Positions 40,820-53,419 of a stretch of DNA of 64,000 nt are shown piece by piece. The stretch's first letter is position 1; each line of letters opens with the position of its first letter. The translations under genes and the position numbers were made by a program. The stretch is from Camelus dromedarius (taxonomy: Eukaryota). The stretch covers positions 51,214,001-51,278,000 of the forward strand of contig NC_087436.1 of assembly GCF_036321535.1 (NCBI RefSeq). The letters are read 5' to 3'. Below the pieces are notes generated by a model. The model made no database searches and was not told the DNA's origin. It was given only the letters and a program-made list of their open reading frames with translations.

Positions 40820-42760
40820 GGTGTCACCCTACTGTCATCAAGATGGCCCTTATGCTGCTGGCAGTCACATCACGTCACCCAAGACCCTTCCCTCCTCAGT
40901 CTCCAGGACCACGACATTGTCTCCACCCTGATCCCTCTCCTCAAACCTCCAAAACCCTTTCAACTTCCCACTTCTTATAGAGAAGCGTATTTCCTGATTC
41001 ACTGAGGAAAAAAAGCCAATAACAAGGACTTGCATAAGCAGCCACAACCACTTCTAGACAGCTCTGTGCATCTGCTTTCTCTCCTGATCATATATATAGG
41101 TGAACAATTTTCTATTAAAGAAAAAGATTCTGAAAAGATTCTAATGCCTCCGATTGCCTACTAGACCTCACCCCTTCTCCTCTATCCAAGGACATTGCTC
41201 AGCAATTCTTCCCTCCTGTCCTTTGTCATCCAGTTGAGCCTTTCCACTTGAATATTCTCTTAGACTTCAAGTATTCTTTAAAGTCTCATATTTAAAAAAA
41301 AACAAAAAGGCAAAAAGAAAAAGTCCCTTTTCATGATCTCACATTTCTTTCAGTTATCACCCCATTTTTTTAACCTCCTCTTTAGAGGTAAGGCCTTGAA
41401 ATGAAATTTTTATAGTTGTTTTCTCCAATTCTTCTTATCCTATTCTCCCCTGAATTCAATAAAATCAGGATTTTGATCCCACAAGTACATCTAACTGCTC
41501 TCGCCAAGATCGGCACTCACGTGCACATTGTGAAAGCTCACAGTCAGTTCCCAGTCCTCATGGTGCTGATCTCCACGCACTTGACATTGCTGATCATTCC
41601 CACCTCTTTGAAATGTGTTCACTGCTTGGCTTCAAGGTCATGCCTACTACCTCGCTGGCCACTCCTCAGTCCCTTTGATGGTGCCCACTCAGTTCTGACC
41701 TTTAAATCTTGAAGTGCAGCCTTATTTAGACATTGAATTTCCCTTTTCTATTTACACTGACTCCCTAGGGAATAGAATCCAGATTGGTAATCCACACATT
41801 TACACCTCCAGCCTAGATACCCCTTCTGAACTTCAGGTTCGTAGACCCAATTATCTACTTGACTTTGCTTCCTGGATGTCTAACAGATGACTTAATGCTA
41901 ACATGTCCCAACCCCTGCTTCTCTCAGTCTTCCACATCCAGGAAAAGGCAGCTCCATCTTGTCAATTTTTCAGGGTTAAAAAACCGTGACTTTGTCTTGA
42001 TCCAACATTTGATTCTTTCTTAAATCCTTTTGGCTCTGCCTTGAATTTTTTTCTTACCACCACAGCTGCCATTCTAGCCTTACCTAGCATCGTTTCACCC
42101 CTCAAATACTGGAATGCCTTCTGCCTGGCCTCTCTTCTTCTGTTGTTTTTTCTCTGACAGTCTATTCTCAATTCAGATGCCAGAATGATCCTTGTAAACA
42201 TAAGTCAATCAATCCATATAATTTCTCTGTGCAAAATCTTCCTGTAGCTTCTTCCCATCTCATTTGGAATAAAATTCAAGGGTCATGATACATGCCTCTT
42301 GTGCGTGAGGTCTCACCTCATCTTCTGCTACTCTTTCCCTCATTCGCTCCCTTCCAGCCACACTGACCTAGGGGATGTTTCTCTGACAAGCCAAGTGTGC
42401 TTCTGCCTCAGGGCTTTTGCACTTGCTGTTTCTTCTGCCTTGAACATGTCCCCCCAATAATTGTGAGACTCATTCCCCATCATGTTCAGATTTTTGCTCA
42501 AATATCACTTTCCTTTTTAAGGTCTCCTCATATCAATTATTAAAACCTGCAACCATCTCATTTCTTTATACTTTTTTGGTAGCACTTTTCACCATCTGAC
42601 ATGGTAGCTATTTTACTAGTTTTTATTGTCTGTCTTCCTTCCTAGAATGTAAGCTCTAGGATGGCGGGGGCCTTTGACTCCTTTAACTCCAGCCCATAGA
42701 GCACTACTTGCACTCAATAGGTACTTAGTAAACATACGAATTTCTGAATGTATGAATACA
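40820..42760 (+). mobile_element. Long L2 LINE fragment
   Basis: L2-like text throughout, ending in cctcagggcttttgcacttgctgtt...tagaatgtaagctc...gaatgtatgaat. Confidence 0.75.
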
Positions 42761-43216
42761 ATTGGGTGGGCACTGAAATGTAACTTGTATAATTTTTCAG
42801 AAGGTATGAAAAAAATTAGTGATTTACAGCATTAGGTTTCTGTCTTTTAACATAAGAATTCTGTCTTATCAAAAGTAAAAAATGTTCTTTATGCTAATTA
42901 GATAGGTCTTACTATAACTGGTAAGGTGATAGAGGAAATAAAATGAAATGAGTAAAGCCAAAGTTTACACTTTTCGTTGTGAATTTACAGCTGTTTTTCC
43001 AAAATAGATTTTTGTTCTGTTTCACTTCAGTGGTATTGAAAACTTCTCTCTCTCTCTTTTTTTTTTTTTTTTTTTTTGTCTCACAAATGGACTATCTCTA
43101 CAGGTCATCTGTAGAAAAGTGGAATCTGTCACATTTATAAATGATCTTTTGAATGCCAACACAAACAGCAAAGTTAGCTAAAGTTAGATTTTTGAGTAAC
43201 TCCCAAGATCTAAATG

Positions 43217-43392
43217 AAGGGTTTCCAAGTGTGGGGTGCATAAGGACCTCCAGGAGCTGCTTGTTCAATACAGCTTCCCTGCTCCCCGCCAGGCCGGCTC
43301 TGCTAGGACCTCTGGTGCCCTGGGAATCTGCTGTAACAGTGCCCCCAGGGATTCTGATGCCAAGCTCCGTGGGCCTGGCTTTGAGATGTGCT
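43217..43392. mobile_element. MER5-like hAT element
   Basis: gggaatctgc...gcccccagggattctgatgc...tttgag core. Confidence 0.6.
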
Positions 43393-43838
43393 GCTCTGAT
43401 CATTCAAAAGATGTTCAGTATCTTTCCTAGAAATCAAGCAAAGGCTATGGTAAGAAGAAAAGTATCATGAATTTCACTCCTGTGGAGACCAGTTACCCTG
43501 CTATGAATCGTGGCTTGTTGCAAGCTGCCCCCATCCCCAGGATGCTGCCTTGCATATGTGTTAGAGCATAGAAGGTGGGGAGCATGAGTGATTTCAACTA
43601 ACCTCTGCTTGATCAATATTAACCTATTACCCTTACTGATGAGACAGTTCTAAGGAAATGTCACGTCACTGTAGGTGGTTGCAGTCACCTCCTGGCTACG
43701 TCTGCTGACTTGTGACCTCCACTCCACAAATGGCTACATTTTGGTGGGGCGGGGGGAGATCTTAGTGCTTTTGTCTCCTTGCTCTTTTCTTTATCCTAAG
43801 GGAATTGGGTGATTAAAAGGGTCAGAGTATGATACACT

Positions 43839-43852
43839 GTTACCATGGAGAC
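43839..43852. promoter_or_regulatory. RFX X-box motif
   Basis: GTTACCATGGAGAC versus the palindromic consensus GTTRCCATGGYAAC. Confidence 0.5.
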
Positions 43853-44609
43853 CAGAAGCTACTCAGCTCCTGTACTGTTTTTTTTTTTTCCCCTCTCTAA
43901 CCAGCTGTTATTCCACCAGAATAAAGGATTTTTACCAAGTGGAAATATGAGCCCTTGAAATCTTTCCCTGTAGCTCCAGTTTGTGTGAGAGAGGAATGCC
44001 ACCAAATGCTTTTCATTATTCTGAGACAATGTGCTAAGAAAATGTTGGGTTTAGAGTGGTGAAATTTCCTGTCTCTGTGGTGTTTGGTTTCTGGACTTGT
44101 AGTTATTTTGTTTTAAGCTTTTGGTTAGCATATTATAATCACGAGTGGGAAGACATGGTGTGCTTTTAATACACTCACCTCCTGCTTTGAGAGGAGAGGG
44201 AAATGTTGGCAATTGCAAATTATTCATAAAATTCTATCTATCCCTTTGAGTACCGACTATATCCAAGCATGCTTCTAAGTGCTTTACATGTATTATTTTA
44301 TGGAACTTTACATCAAACTGTGAGGTGGTTTCTGTTCTGTCCATTTCACAGGGTAGAAAACTTAAACACCTGGAGCTTACATGACTTGTGCATGCAGGCT
44401 TTCTAGTGATGAAACTAGAAGAAGATCCCGGCACAGAGCCCCCACTTGGGCTATGATCACTGCTCCAGAGAGGCTACTGCTGAATCGACTGTATTGTGAC
44501 AGTGCTATGTTATGACTATAATTTAGGTCATGCCCATGTCAGATGTGAGTGGGCTAGTCACAACGCTAAACCAACAGTTATTTCAGTAAGTTGTAAAGTA
44601 TCCTAGAAT

Positions 44610-45150
44610 TAGGGTGCAGCTGACACCCCAGGTGCCTGCCCCAGTCTCCAGGCCCCGCTCCGATTTCAGCAGCAGACGGTGGACGCGTCTCCCATAGTTC
44701 AGACTTGACTCAACACAGCCAACCTCCACCTGAAGCCCAGCTATCTGTCTGTCTGTGCTTCACCCCAGAGTCATCTCTGACACTCTAGGAGCTGCTAGTG
44801 TTGTGCAGAGAGCAGCCAGAAAGCGCCAGAGAATTCACTGCTCAGGGACAACTCTCACTCGGGGTGGGGGGGCATGGGGCACGAGTGCATAAACGCTCCA
44901 GCCTCCTGTTGTCAGCTGGATAATTCTAAAAGGCATTCTATATGCTTCTCAGAGGCCCTGGTGAAATCGAGGATCCATCCTGGAGGAATCCCTCTGCTAT
45001 CTCAAAGACACAACTTACAGTGGTTTTTCCTTTCTCCTGTCTTACTCTTCCCTCGGGCTCCTGCATCCTGGGATAACTTCCTAAGTAAACCACCTGCTCC
45101 CAAGTCTGCGTCTCAGGCTCTGATTTCTGAGAGAACTCAAACTAAGAACC
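44610..45150 (+). mobile_element. LTR16-like ERV-L solo LTR
   Basis: 3' end cctgggataacttcctaagtaaaccacctgc...tctcaggctctg...aaactaaga typical of the family by recall. Confidence 0.65.
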
Positions 45151-45880
45151 AGAGTCACTGATCAGCGTTCAAAACTGTGATGACCATGCAGCGCTGAGCT
45201 TTCAGCCACCAAGGATGCAGTCAAGCCTGCGTGGTCAGGACACACTTGTGTGTGGTTGGATACTGGTTTCGTCACTTAACCTACCTTACAACACTGTCAG
45301 TTAATCATATATTCTGGACCTCAGTAATGTCAAATGGAAAAATGGGGAAAATACTACTGCTTCATCGGATTGTTGTGAGCTCGCTCAGGACCCTGACGTC
45401 CAAGTCGTGGTGTGATCCTTGGCCCACCTCTAGACTCCCCACCCCACCAAGACCAGGTGTTGGGTGATGCTAAGTTGGGTAGAAGGAAGAGTGTGAGATT
45501 GTCCTGAAATCTGTGTGTGGCAAACGAGCACTCAGAATACACGGTTCTCTTCTGGGAGAATAAGGTGAACTAAATGTTGGCGAGAGATCTCTGCTCATAA
45601 AATGTGGCAGAGGATTATGGGACAATGCTTTCTCAATGTTCCTATAAGAAATTTTATAAAAAATGTCTGCTCTCCTCCATTCCCCTTAGAGGAAAGAACT
45701 ATGAGTTTACTGTAACATATAGAAAACCACGGGGACTCAAAAAATGCAAAAAGCTTTGATTTAAATTATACCTCCATTTACTAAAATGCTTCTACTTTAT
45801 TAAAATTTCTGCCTCTTGCTGTTAGAAAGATGTTACAGAGGTTGGGAGCAGAAAGTGGGTGAGTGTGGACTGCCTCTAGA

Positions 45881-45942
45881 GTTGCCATGGAAACAGGTGG
45901 TACAACCAATCAGTGAAGAGATAACGTGTTCATCCCGGAAGT
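45881..45942 (+). promoter_or_regulatory. RFX X-box + NF-Y CCAAT + ETS promoter-like module
   Basis: GTTGCCATGGAAAC (45881-45894), AACCAATCAG (45904-45913) and CCCGGAAGT (45934-45942); donor CTG|GTAAGC at 46001. Confidence 0.55.
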
Positions 45943-46372
45943 TTTCAAATTGCCCCCAAAGGGCATCTGACTGTATAAGTGACCTGTGTAACCATAGCTG
46001 GTAAGCTGGTGCTCTGTGCCCGCTGACAGCCCCAAATCTCTGGCAGGGTAAAAGCAGCTTATCTTGCACACACAGCTCTATAGCTCTGAAGATAATAGAA
46101 GTTATCTGTGCCGCAGTTTCTCCTTCTGCTTTTGCAAATAGCAAGAGAGACAGTGGGGATGGCAATAATGACTTACATGTGTATTGCTCTTCCCACATTT
46201 CCCAGGAGTTTTATGTTCATTGATCCACGTGGTCCTGTAAGATGGGCAGCCTTGGCCTTACTCTCCCCGTCTCACAGAGGAGAACACTGAGGCACCGGGG
46301 ATTTGCTCAAGGTCAAATGATAAAATAAGTAGTTGAAATGAGACTAGATTCCTGAACTCTTTGTATAACTTT

Positions 46373-46621
46373 AAAAAATCTATTTATTTATTTTATTGAC
46401 GTATAGTCAGTTACAATGTGTCAGTTTCTGGTGTACAGCATAATGTTTCAGTCATACATATACACACATACATTCCTTTTCATATTCTTTTTCATTATAG
46501 GTTACTACAAGGTATTGAATATAGTCTCCTGTGCTATACAGAAGAAATTTGTTTCTAATCTATTTTATGTATAGTAGTTAGTATTTGCACATCTCCAACT
46601 CCCAATTTATCCCTTCCCACC
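46373..46621 (-). mobile_element. 5'-truncated L1 3' end
   Basis: Imperfect 16-bp TSD ctctttgtataacttt (46357-46372) and ctctttgtgtgacttt (46622-46637). Confidence 0.85.
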
Positions 46622-48593
46622 CTCTTTGTGTGACTTTTTCCTTTCTGCTCAGGCACAGCCCAGAGACATACTGGAAGAGAATAAAAGACCTCGCTGTCTT
46701 GGAACTTGGAAGAAGCCCTGACGGCACTACTGGGAGCTGGGGTTGAAGCGCTGTGCGTGGGTCCCCCTCCTCTCCATGCTGACCTCCATTTCCGCCCTTA
46801 CCTAAACCTAATTCTTTTTCTGCAGCACAGTTTTTCTCCATTAAAACTTTCTGAAGTTAACTTATAGCCACATATGTATCTTTCTTGAATTCCCACACTA
46901 CTTTTTGTCAGATTAACCCATATGGTACTTCAGTATTGTGATTTATAAGAAATACATGTTTGGTCATTCAGGTGACCAAAGTATATTCCTCATATATATT
47001 TGGTCTTTGTCCATGGCATTAGGAACTGATAAACTGGAAGGTAATAGTGGATACAATCAGTATAAGAACACAGACACAGATAACTCATAAAATTGTAATA
47101 AAATGCATGTGTTTGGAGAAGTGTAATAAATCCTTAGTTGTAATTGTTATTCCTTTCATATTTACTACATATGTTGTAATATGTTATTCCTTTCATATTT
47201 ACAACAAAGCTGCAAAGCAGATATTATCCCATTTTTTAATAGAAGGGAAAATTGAGACATAAAATGTATTTAGTCACACCAGCTGCTTAGACCATCCCAA
47301 GGTCAAACAGCTGGTGTTATGGAAAGGATTTGAAGTCAGTTTTAACCCCAAATCCTATTGATTAAAACGTTGTACCAGATTACTTCATCCTTGGGATTCA
47401 TACTTTTACTTTCCATTTGTTCTTACCTACTGTTTGAAAGTATAAAATAGGAAGTAGAGTTATTTGATCAAAATGAAGGAAAGTAATTATCCATCAAAGT
47501 GACTTAAGTTTGCATCTGTGTATTGTACTGGCCTAGATGTTAGGAAAAAACCCTGCCTCTAGCAGCCCGTGCCTGAAAACACCGGCACGTCTCAGTCTTT
47601 GTATTTCCCGTGATCCTTGTGTGCCAGACTTGGGTTTTACCTGAGTGTCATGCTCACGTTTGATTGATGAAATCTGGCTTATACTTTAAGATTCACTTTG
47701 AATACTACCACTTCCAAGAATCTTTTCGAGATCACCTCAAAAGAAAATTTCTTCCTTTTTTATACTCACAGTATTTTGTCAATGTTTTATGTATGCATTG
47801 GAGTTTCTATACCTGACTCTCAGGCAAGGGTTTCTAGAAGGCAGGGTCATATGTTGTACATGATTTTACCCATCATGATGCCTTGCCTGGAGTCTTATGC
47901 ATGATAAGTGTACGATGGACATTTGCTGAAATGAGATCAAGCACCATCCCTTTGTTAAAAATCCCTTTTTAGCTTTGCCTTTTGATGGAGAAAATTCTAT
48001 TCTGAATTTAAGTTTTGCTTTGAGCTATCTTTCTCCAAGGGATTCTAGAAAAGAAATACTTAAAAATAAAAGAGATAGGTAGGGAAAATGCCTTGATCGA
48101 TTAGACAGTTTAAGCCTCCCAGCCTCTTCCAAGTTTGCCTCTAAATTCGTATTATCAATTTTTTTGGCTTTCATAGTAAATCAGACTAGATATTTATTAA
48201 AATCTTAACTTCTAATGCTTAGGTTTTACTCCTGCAGGAAGGCACACTGCTGTGTTACTAAGTGTTAGTAAGGGCAGTGCACAGTCACCTTGTGAAAATT
48301 AAATGATCTTTTATGAAAAATGAATAGGATCCCAGGCCCAGAAGAGACTGTGTTAATTCATTCCATTTGTTTATTTACTTCTTTAAAGCCATTTTAGAAA
48401 GAAGATAATCTAATTCCAAAGAACCAAAGATTTTACATGTTGTAAACAATGACAAAAATATTGATCTTCATAATACTAGTGTTCTAAAAATTAAGGAAAA
48501 AACTTCTTTCCCTTTGTTAAAATTGGAATATTTCTTTGTTCATTCATTAATTAAAATGTTTTCTTTGTTTATTTCCTGTGTTTTCTCTTCAAG

Positions 48594-48778
48594 GCAGCTT
48601 TGAACTTTTATGGTGTCTTCTCTTCCATATTGGTTGCAATCAGTTCAATGCTCTAAAACACAGTTGGTCTCAGATCTTTTGGTTGATCATTCCCCTGAAG
48701 TCTTTCTTTTGAAGGAGGCATTGGAACGACATTCCTGCTATTCAAAGAAATCATACTTGCTGGTGTGCAGTTACATTG
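48594..48778 (+). pseudogene. Candidate pseudo-exon encoding a CNB beta-barrel
   Basis: Strong pyrimidine tract with caag| acceptor and TTG|GTGAGT donor. Frame 0 begins AALNFYGVFSSILV (cf. A-NFYFILSGxVxV); a shifted frame gives DHSPEVFLLKEALERHS...SYLLV (cf. GDSFGEIALL---RTA...ELLV). Confidence 0.45.
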
Positions 48779-49829
48779 GTGAGTACCTGCGACAACTTAT
48801 GCTATCCACAAACCTGTAACTGCACATCTCACTCCAGTTATCACGTTACAGGTAGGATGACTGTAAATTTGGACACTTCATAATAATACTAACAGTTACC
48901 ATCTTGTAGGTAAAGTTAATGATGTGGTATGTTTTCTAAGAAAAAGTGCTTGTGCTCATCTAACACTCGAGTCCTCCAAGTTTCCACTTCTCTAAGGTAC
49001 CTCTTATGTTTCAAATACAAGGCTCTGTGTTGTTGACCCATCAACTGATGATCGTCATGACCGAGGTGCGCTGGCAGAATCACAGGTGTTCCACACTGTA
49101 ATGATCCACTGTGTCATTTGCTGCCCTCGAACAAGCACCAAGGAAGGAGGAAGCATAAAGGAGACCAAAGTAACTTTGACAAGAAGACACTAGCAGGGCC
49201 AATGGAGATAAGATGGTATTTGGGGGTATGTACAACTTTAACTGCTTTATTGAAAATTAAATACTTTTGAGGTCTTTTGAGAGAGTGTGTGGACAGGTTT
49301 TTAACAATAGGTCAAGGAGAGAAAGAAAGGATTTTACGGTTCCTGGGAGAACTAAATAGACAGGAATAAGAAATCATTTAATTAGCATTTAATCCATACA
49401 TACACTGAAACCTGGAAACAGTATTCTGTTGTAGAACAAAATGGGTCCCCATTCACTTTCCAGAAGTTTGAAAAGGTAAAGCATTGCATTTTTAGAGAAT
49501 TCATTGATTGACTTGCCCTCCGCTTCCCTTCCTTCCCTTTCTCTGCCCCTGGGGTGGCCCTTTCTTCAGGGTGATGGGAAAGGCTGGGAGGAGAGAGCAA
49601 GTCCAGCAGGGAGCTTCCTGATTGTCCCAAACCTTGGCTCAAAGCATGTCCGGGCTCCCTGAGCAGCTGGGAATTCCTTCCAAGCAAACTGGATCAGACC
49701 AGAGGTGACACTGAGGATGGGAATTGATATGACTTCTCAGCATACCGTCAGCAAGAGAAGCCAGAGGGTCAAAGAGTGCCCTCTCAAGGTGACAGGCTTG
49801 AGTTGTCACATATAAACAGAGTGACTGCA

Positions 49830-49957
49830 TTTCTTGCCCTTTTGATTTATTGTCCAAACCGGGACATATTTGAGAGTGAAAAGAGGAACTATTAGTGATG
49901 AAGTCAAGACAACAGTTTTAAACCATTCCCAGCGAACCAGGATACAGGATCAACTTA
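49830..49957. mobile_element. MER94-like hAT-Blackjack element
   Basis: ttgtccaaaccgggacatatttgagagtgaaaag matches the recalled MER94 consensus. Confidence 0.7.
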
Positions 49958-50794
49958 CACACCAATCACGTTCTCTTTTCTCTTGTTATTCTATGTCTGG
50001 AGCACAGATCTGTCCACTTCCTCTCCAGATTTTTCACTAAGGGAAAGCTAACTAGACCATCTAAATACTTAGCACCTACTTACTGCTTGCTACATCTGCT
50101 TGTGGCTTTTCTCATTATAATGCTGTGCGGTTGGGAATTTCCTATTGTTAAGCAACTAGAAATGGAGTCTTCTCAGTGCAGTTTTAACTGTACTTGGTCA
50201 GATTCCCACTGTCTTCTTATTTTTTCTCACTTTCAATGTTGAAAGAAGACAATACAAACCATGTCACAGTTCTACAGGTTTTTCTCTTCACGCTGTTTCT
50301 CTCCAACTCCAAATTATGGCTGGCCAGTATATTTTACCTGATTTTAATAATTTAACTTGCTTCGTTCCTTCCAGGTAAAGTTGATGTTTTTCCTCTTTTC
50401 CTATAATAAGGTTTTACTTTCTGATTAACTTACCGGTCAATCTTATTTAAAAAAAATTGTTGCTTCCTAGTTCTTTGCTTTACTAAGTTTTTCTGTTTCA
50501 TGTATTAAAAATGCAAAGTCATCTAATTTTCTATATTTTAGATGCTAACTTTTGAGTGTATAAACTATTTTAACAATTTAATAAAACTTGGACTCAGAAA
50601 ACTTGCCTTGTTGGCTGCAGAGTATTAGTAATATTTTGAGAAACTCCATACTTTTCAGGATGAAAGTAAAGAGTTTTTTTAAAATGCATTTCACATCTAT
50701 TAAGTACTAGAATCTCATATGAAATTTGTTTTTGCCTCAAAGATGTAAGGATTTTGAATAAAATATGAATAATTCCAAAATCACTTGTATACTA

Positions 50795-51225
50795 AGGTTG
50801 ACCTAAAACAAATAGACTGCCAATTATTTCTCCAGCAAAAATGGATATACTCGAGATCAGCATAGACTTGCATTTGGGGTCTGCAGTCATGGTGAGCCAC
50901 GTGCAACTCCCTTCACCGCAAGGGAAGAACACTTTATAGAAAGGAAAGGGAAGGTGGGAAGGCTGTAGTAAACAGAGTCCACCGCCTTTCCTTGTCAGAA
51001 GAGGAGTCTTTCTTCTTCCTCTTGGGCTCTGCTATCGTTGTAGGGTGTGAGAGCTCCCCCATCTGGTCTCCTGACTCTGAGTTTTTTCTTTTACTTTTTT
51101 TTAATTAAAATTTTTTTATTTACTTAATTTTTTTTAGTGATAGTACTGGGGATTGAACCCAGGACCTCGTGCATGTTAAACGTGGGCTCTACCACTGAGC
51201 TATACCCCCACTCTGAATTTTTAAC
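50795..51225. mobile_element. Possible solo LTR interrupted by a SINE
   Basis: Begins near gttgacctaaaacaaatagactgcc and ends ttaaca; family not identified. Confidence 0.35.
51087..51209 (-). mobile_element. vic-1-like SINE
   Basis: Reverse A and B boxes; TSD actctgagttttt (51074) and actctgaattttt (51210). Confidence 0.85.
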
Positions 51226-52343
51226 AATTATTTACACCAGTAAAACCAAAGTGAAAGGTTCTAAGAAAACAAAAATCAAAAATGGCAGTTGTACTTAAGA
51301 TTATGTGCTTATTCATGCAGTTTTTCTTGTTTGCTTTCTTTTTATACCTACTATTGAATATAGGTAAGTCATTTTATTTTGTCTTACTATTGTCAAATCT
51401 TGAAGCTCATAATATTTGACATGAATAAAAACAGGTTATCATACCTTCTCTTCATCTGTTACACCTACACTTATTTTTATACCAGGAAATTGTGAAAATG
51501 ATGTATTGGGTGAGAAGTACTTTCAGAAAGATGGAGCAAGGATCTCCAAAACCCTATTTCTCCACAAAAAGCAAAAAGAACACTGGCAAAAATGATCAAA
51601 ATCAACTTTTTCAGAACTCTGAAAATTAAGTAAAGGCTTGTAAGAGCTTGAAGAGCCTTTATTCAACTGAAACTTGGTAAGAACAGTGAGCTTTGTGGAT
51701 TTTTAATTTGCCCTGTCCCATCCTTCTCTCTCCAGCTCCCGCTCTAGTTGCAAGGTTGCTAGTTCTCAACAATTTCAAAGTACTGTCACTATGTGACCTG
51801 TCTTTAGTTTGCTTACCAGCTGCCAGGCCACACAGCAATGGGTAGTTAGGAAACCCTAAGCCTGGCTGCGGTGCAGAGAGACACACAGGAGGCCCAGATC
51901 CCTCTGAGCCTTCCTCTTGTCAGTTTGTCATGGGGTGACCATTCTTGCAAAGGAACAGTGTGAGGACAGAGGTAGCATCCTTAACACCCTCTTGAGGGCT
52001 GTCTTCCTCCTTCCCATTGAGTTAAGGCCCCGGGCTCACACCCTTCCTCTGAGGCATCCATCATTAGCTGGGCTGTTTCACATTCCTTCTTTCTAGGAGC
52101 GAAAATAAAACATTTTATGTTTGAAAACATTATTAAAAACACCACAAAGTTAAAAATGACATCAGATACAAGGACCAAACAAACAATTAAAAATAAGTGA
52201 ACAGAATCTCAGAGAAATGAGGACTGTAGCAGATACTGTATGTGGTTGGCTCACTCAGTATTCTTTCTGACCTGCTTTTGCCTTGCCTTCCTCTACCGTG
52301 AGGGTCTGGGAAGCCAAAAACCTACCATCAAGATGGCCTTGCA

Positions 52344-52854
52344 ACTTCTTTATCCAACTATCTGTTGATGGACATTGAGGTTGCTTCCATGTCTTGGCTA
52401 TTGTAAATAGTGCTGCTATGAACATTAGGGTGCGGGTATCTTTTCAAATTAGACTTTCTCTGGATATATGCCCAGGATACAATGGAATACTACTCAGCTA
52501 TAAAAAAATCAAAATAATGGCATTGGCAGCAACATGGATGGACCTAGAGATTATCATATTAAGTGAAGTAAGTCAGACAGAGAAAGACAAATATCATATG
52601 ATATCACTTATACATGAAATCTAAAAAAAAGGACACACATGAACTTATCTACAAAACAGAAACAGACTCAACAGACATGGAAAATATACTTATAGTTACC
52701 AAAGGGGAAAGGAGGGGAAGGATAAATTTGGAGTTTAGGACTAGCAGATACAAACTACTATACACAAAATAGATAAACAACAAGGTCTTATTGTATAGCA
52801 CAGGGAGCTATATTCAATATCTTATAATAATCCATAATGAAAAAGAATATGAAA

Positions 52855-52906
<52 letters not shown>

Positions 52907-52986
52907 GTATATGTATAACTGAATCACTATGCTGTATACCAGACAGTAACACAACATTGTACATCAACTAAACTTCAGTTGCAAAA
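52344..52986 (+). mobile_element. Young L1 with twin-priming 5' inversion and internal (TA)n
   Basis: Perfect 14-bp TSD aagatggccttgca (52330-52343 and 52987-53000). 52344 to ~52476 is antisense and ~52477-52986 is sense. Inserted in an MLT1-like LTR. Confidence 0.9.
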
Positions 52987-53419
52987 AAGATGGCCTTGCA
53001 GCTTGAGGTGGCTACACAGCACAATGGTCGATAATGAGATAGAAGTCTGCTGAGGATTTCTGGGAAAGTCTTTGCCTGATAAAGGTAGTGCTTCTTCTTC
53101 CATCTCCTTGCCCTCCCTTCTGCCTGCTGCCTGCTTCCTGCTGCCTGCTGCAAGACGGCTGGAAGGCATTTATCATCTGGCCACCATGAAGGAAAGACAC
53201 TGGGAAGGAGAGACCTTGACCCTAACACTCTGAACTGCCAGCAACCACTTACTTTCAAACCTCTTGCTATTTGTGAAAAATAAACAGCTTAATTTGTTTA
53301 AGCCACTACTTAATCAGATTTTCTGTGACATCTAGTTAAAGTAATTCCCAAAAATGTAGATAGGAAATTGGATGCATGAAGCAGAAGACAGTCACATATA
53401 CAATTTGACTGGAAATACT

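Noticed and set aside
49045..49120. TGATGA C-box-like motif
   Set aside because: No matching D box or terminal stem; not supportable as a snoRNA.
50133..50142. Perfect NF-kB site GGGAATTTCC
   Set aside because: Single isolated 10-mer far from the SLC39A8 promoter; not enough evidence.
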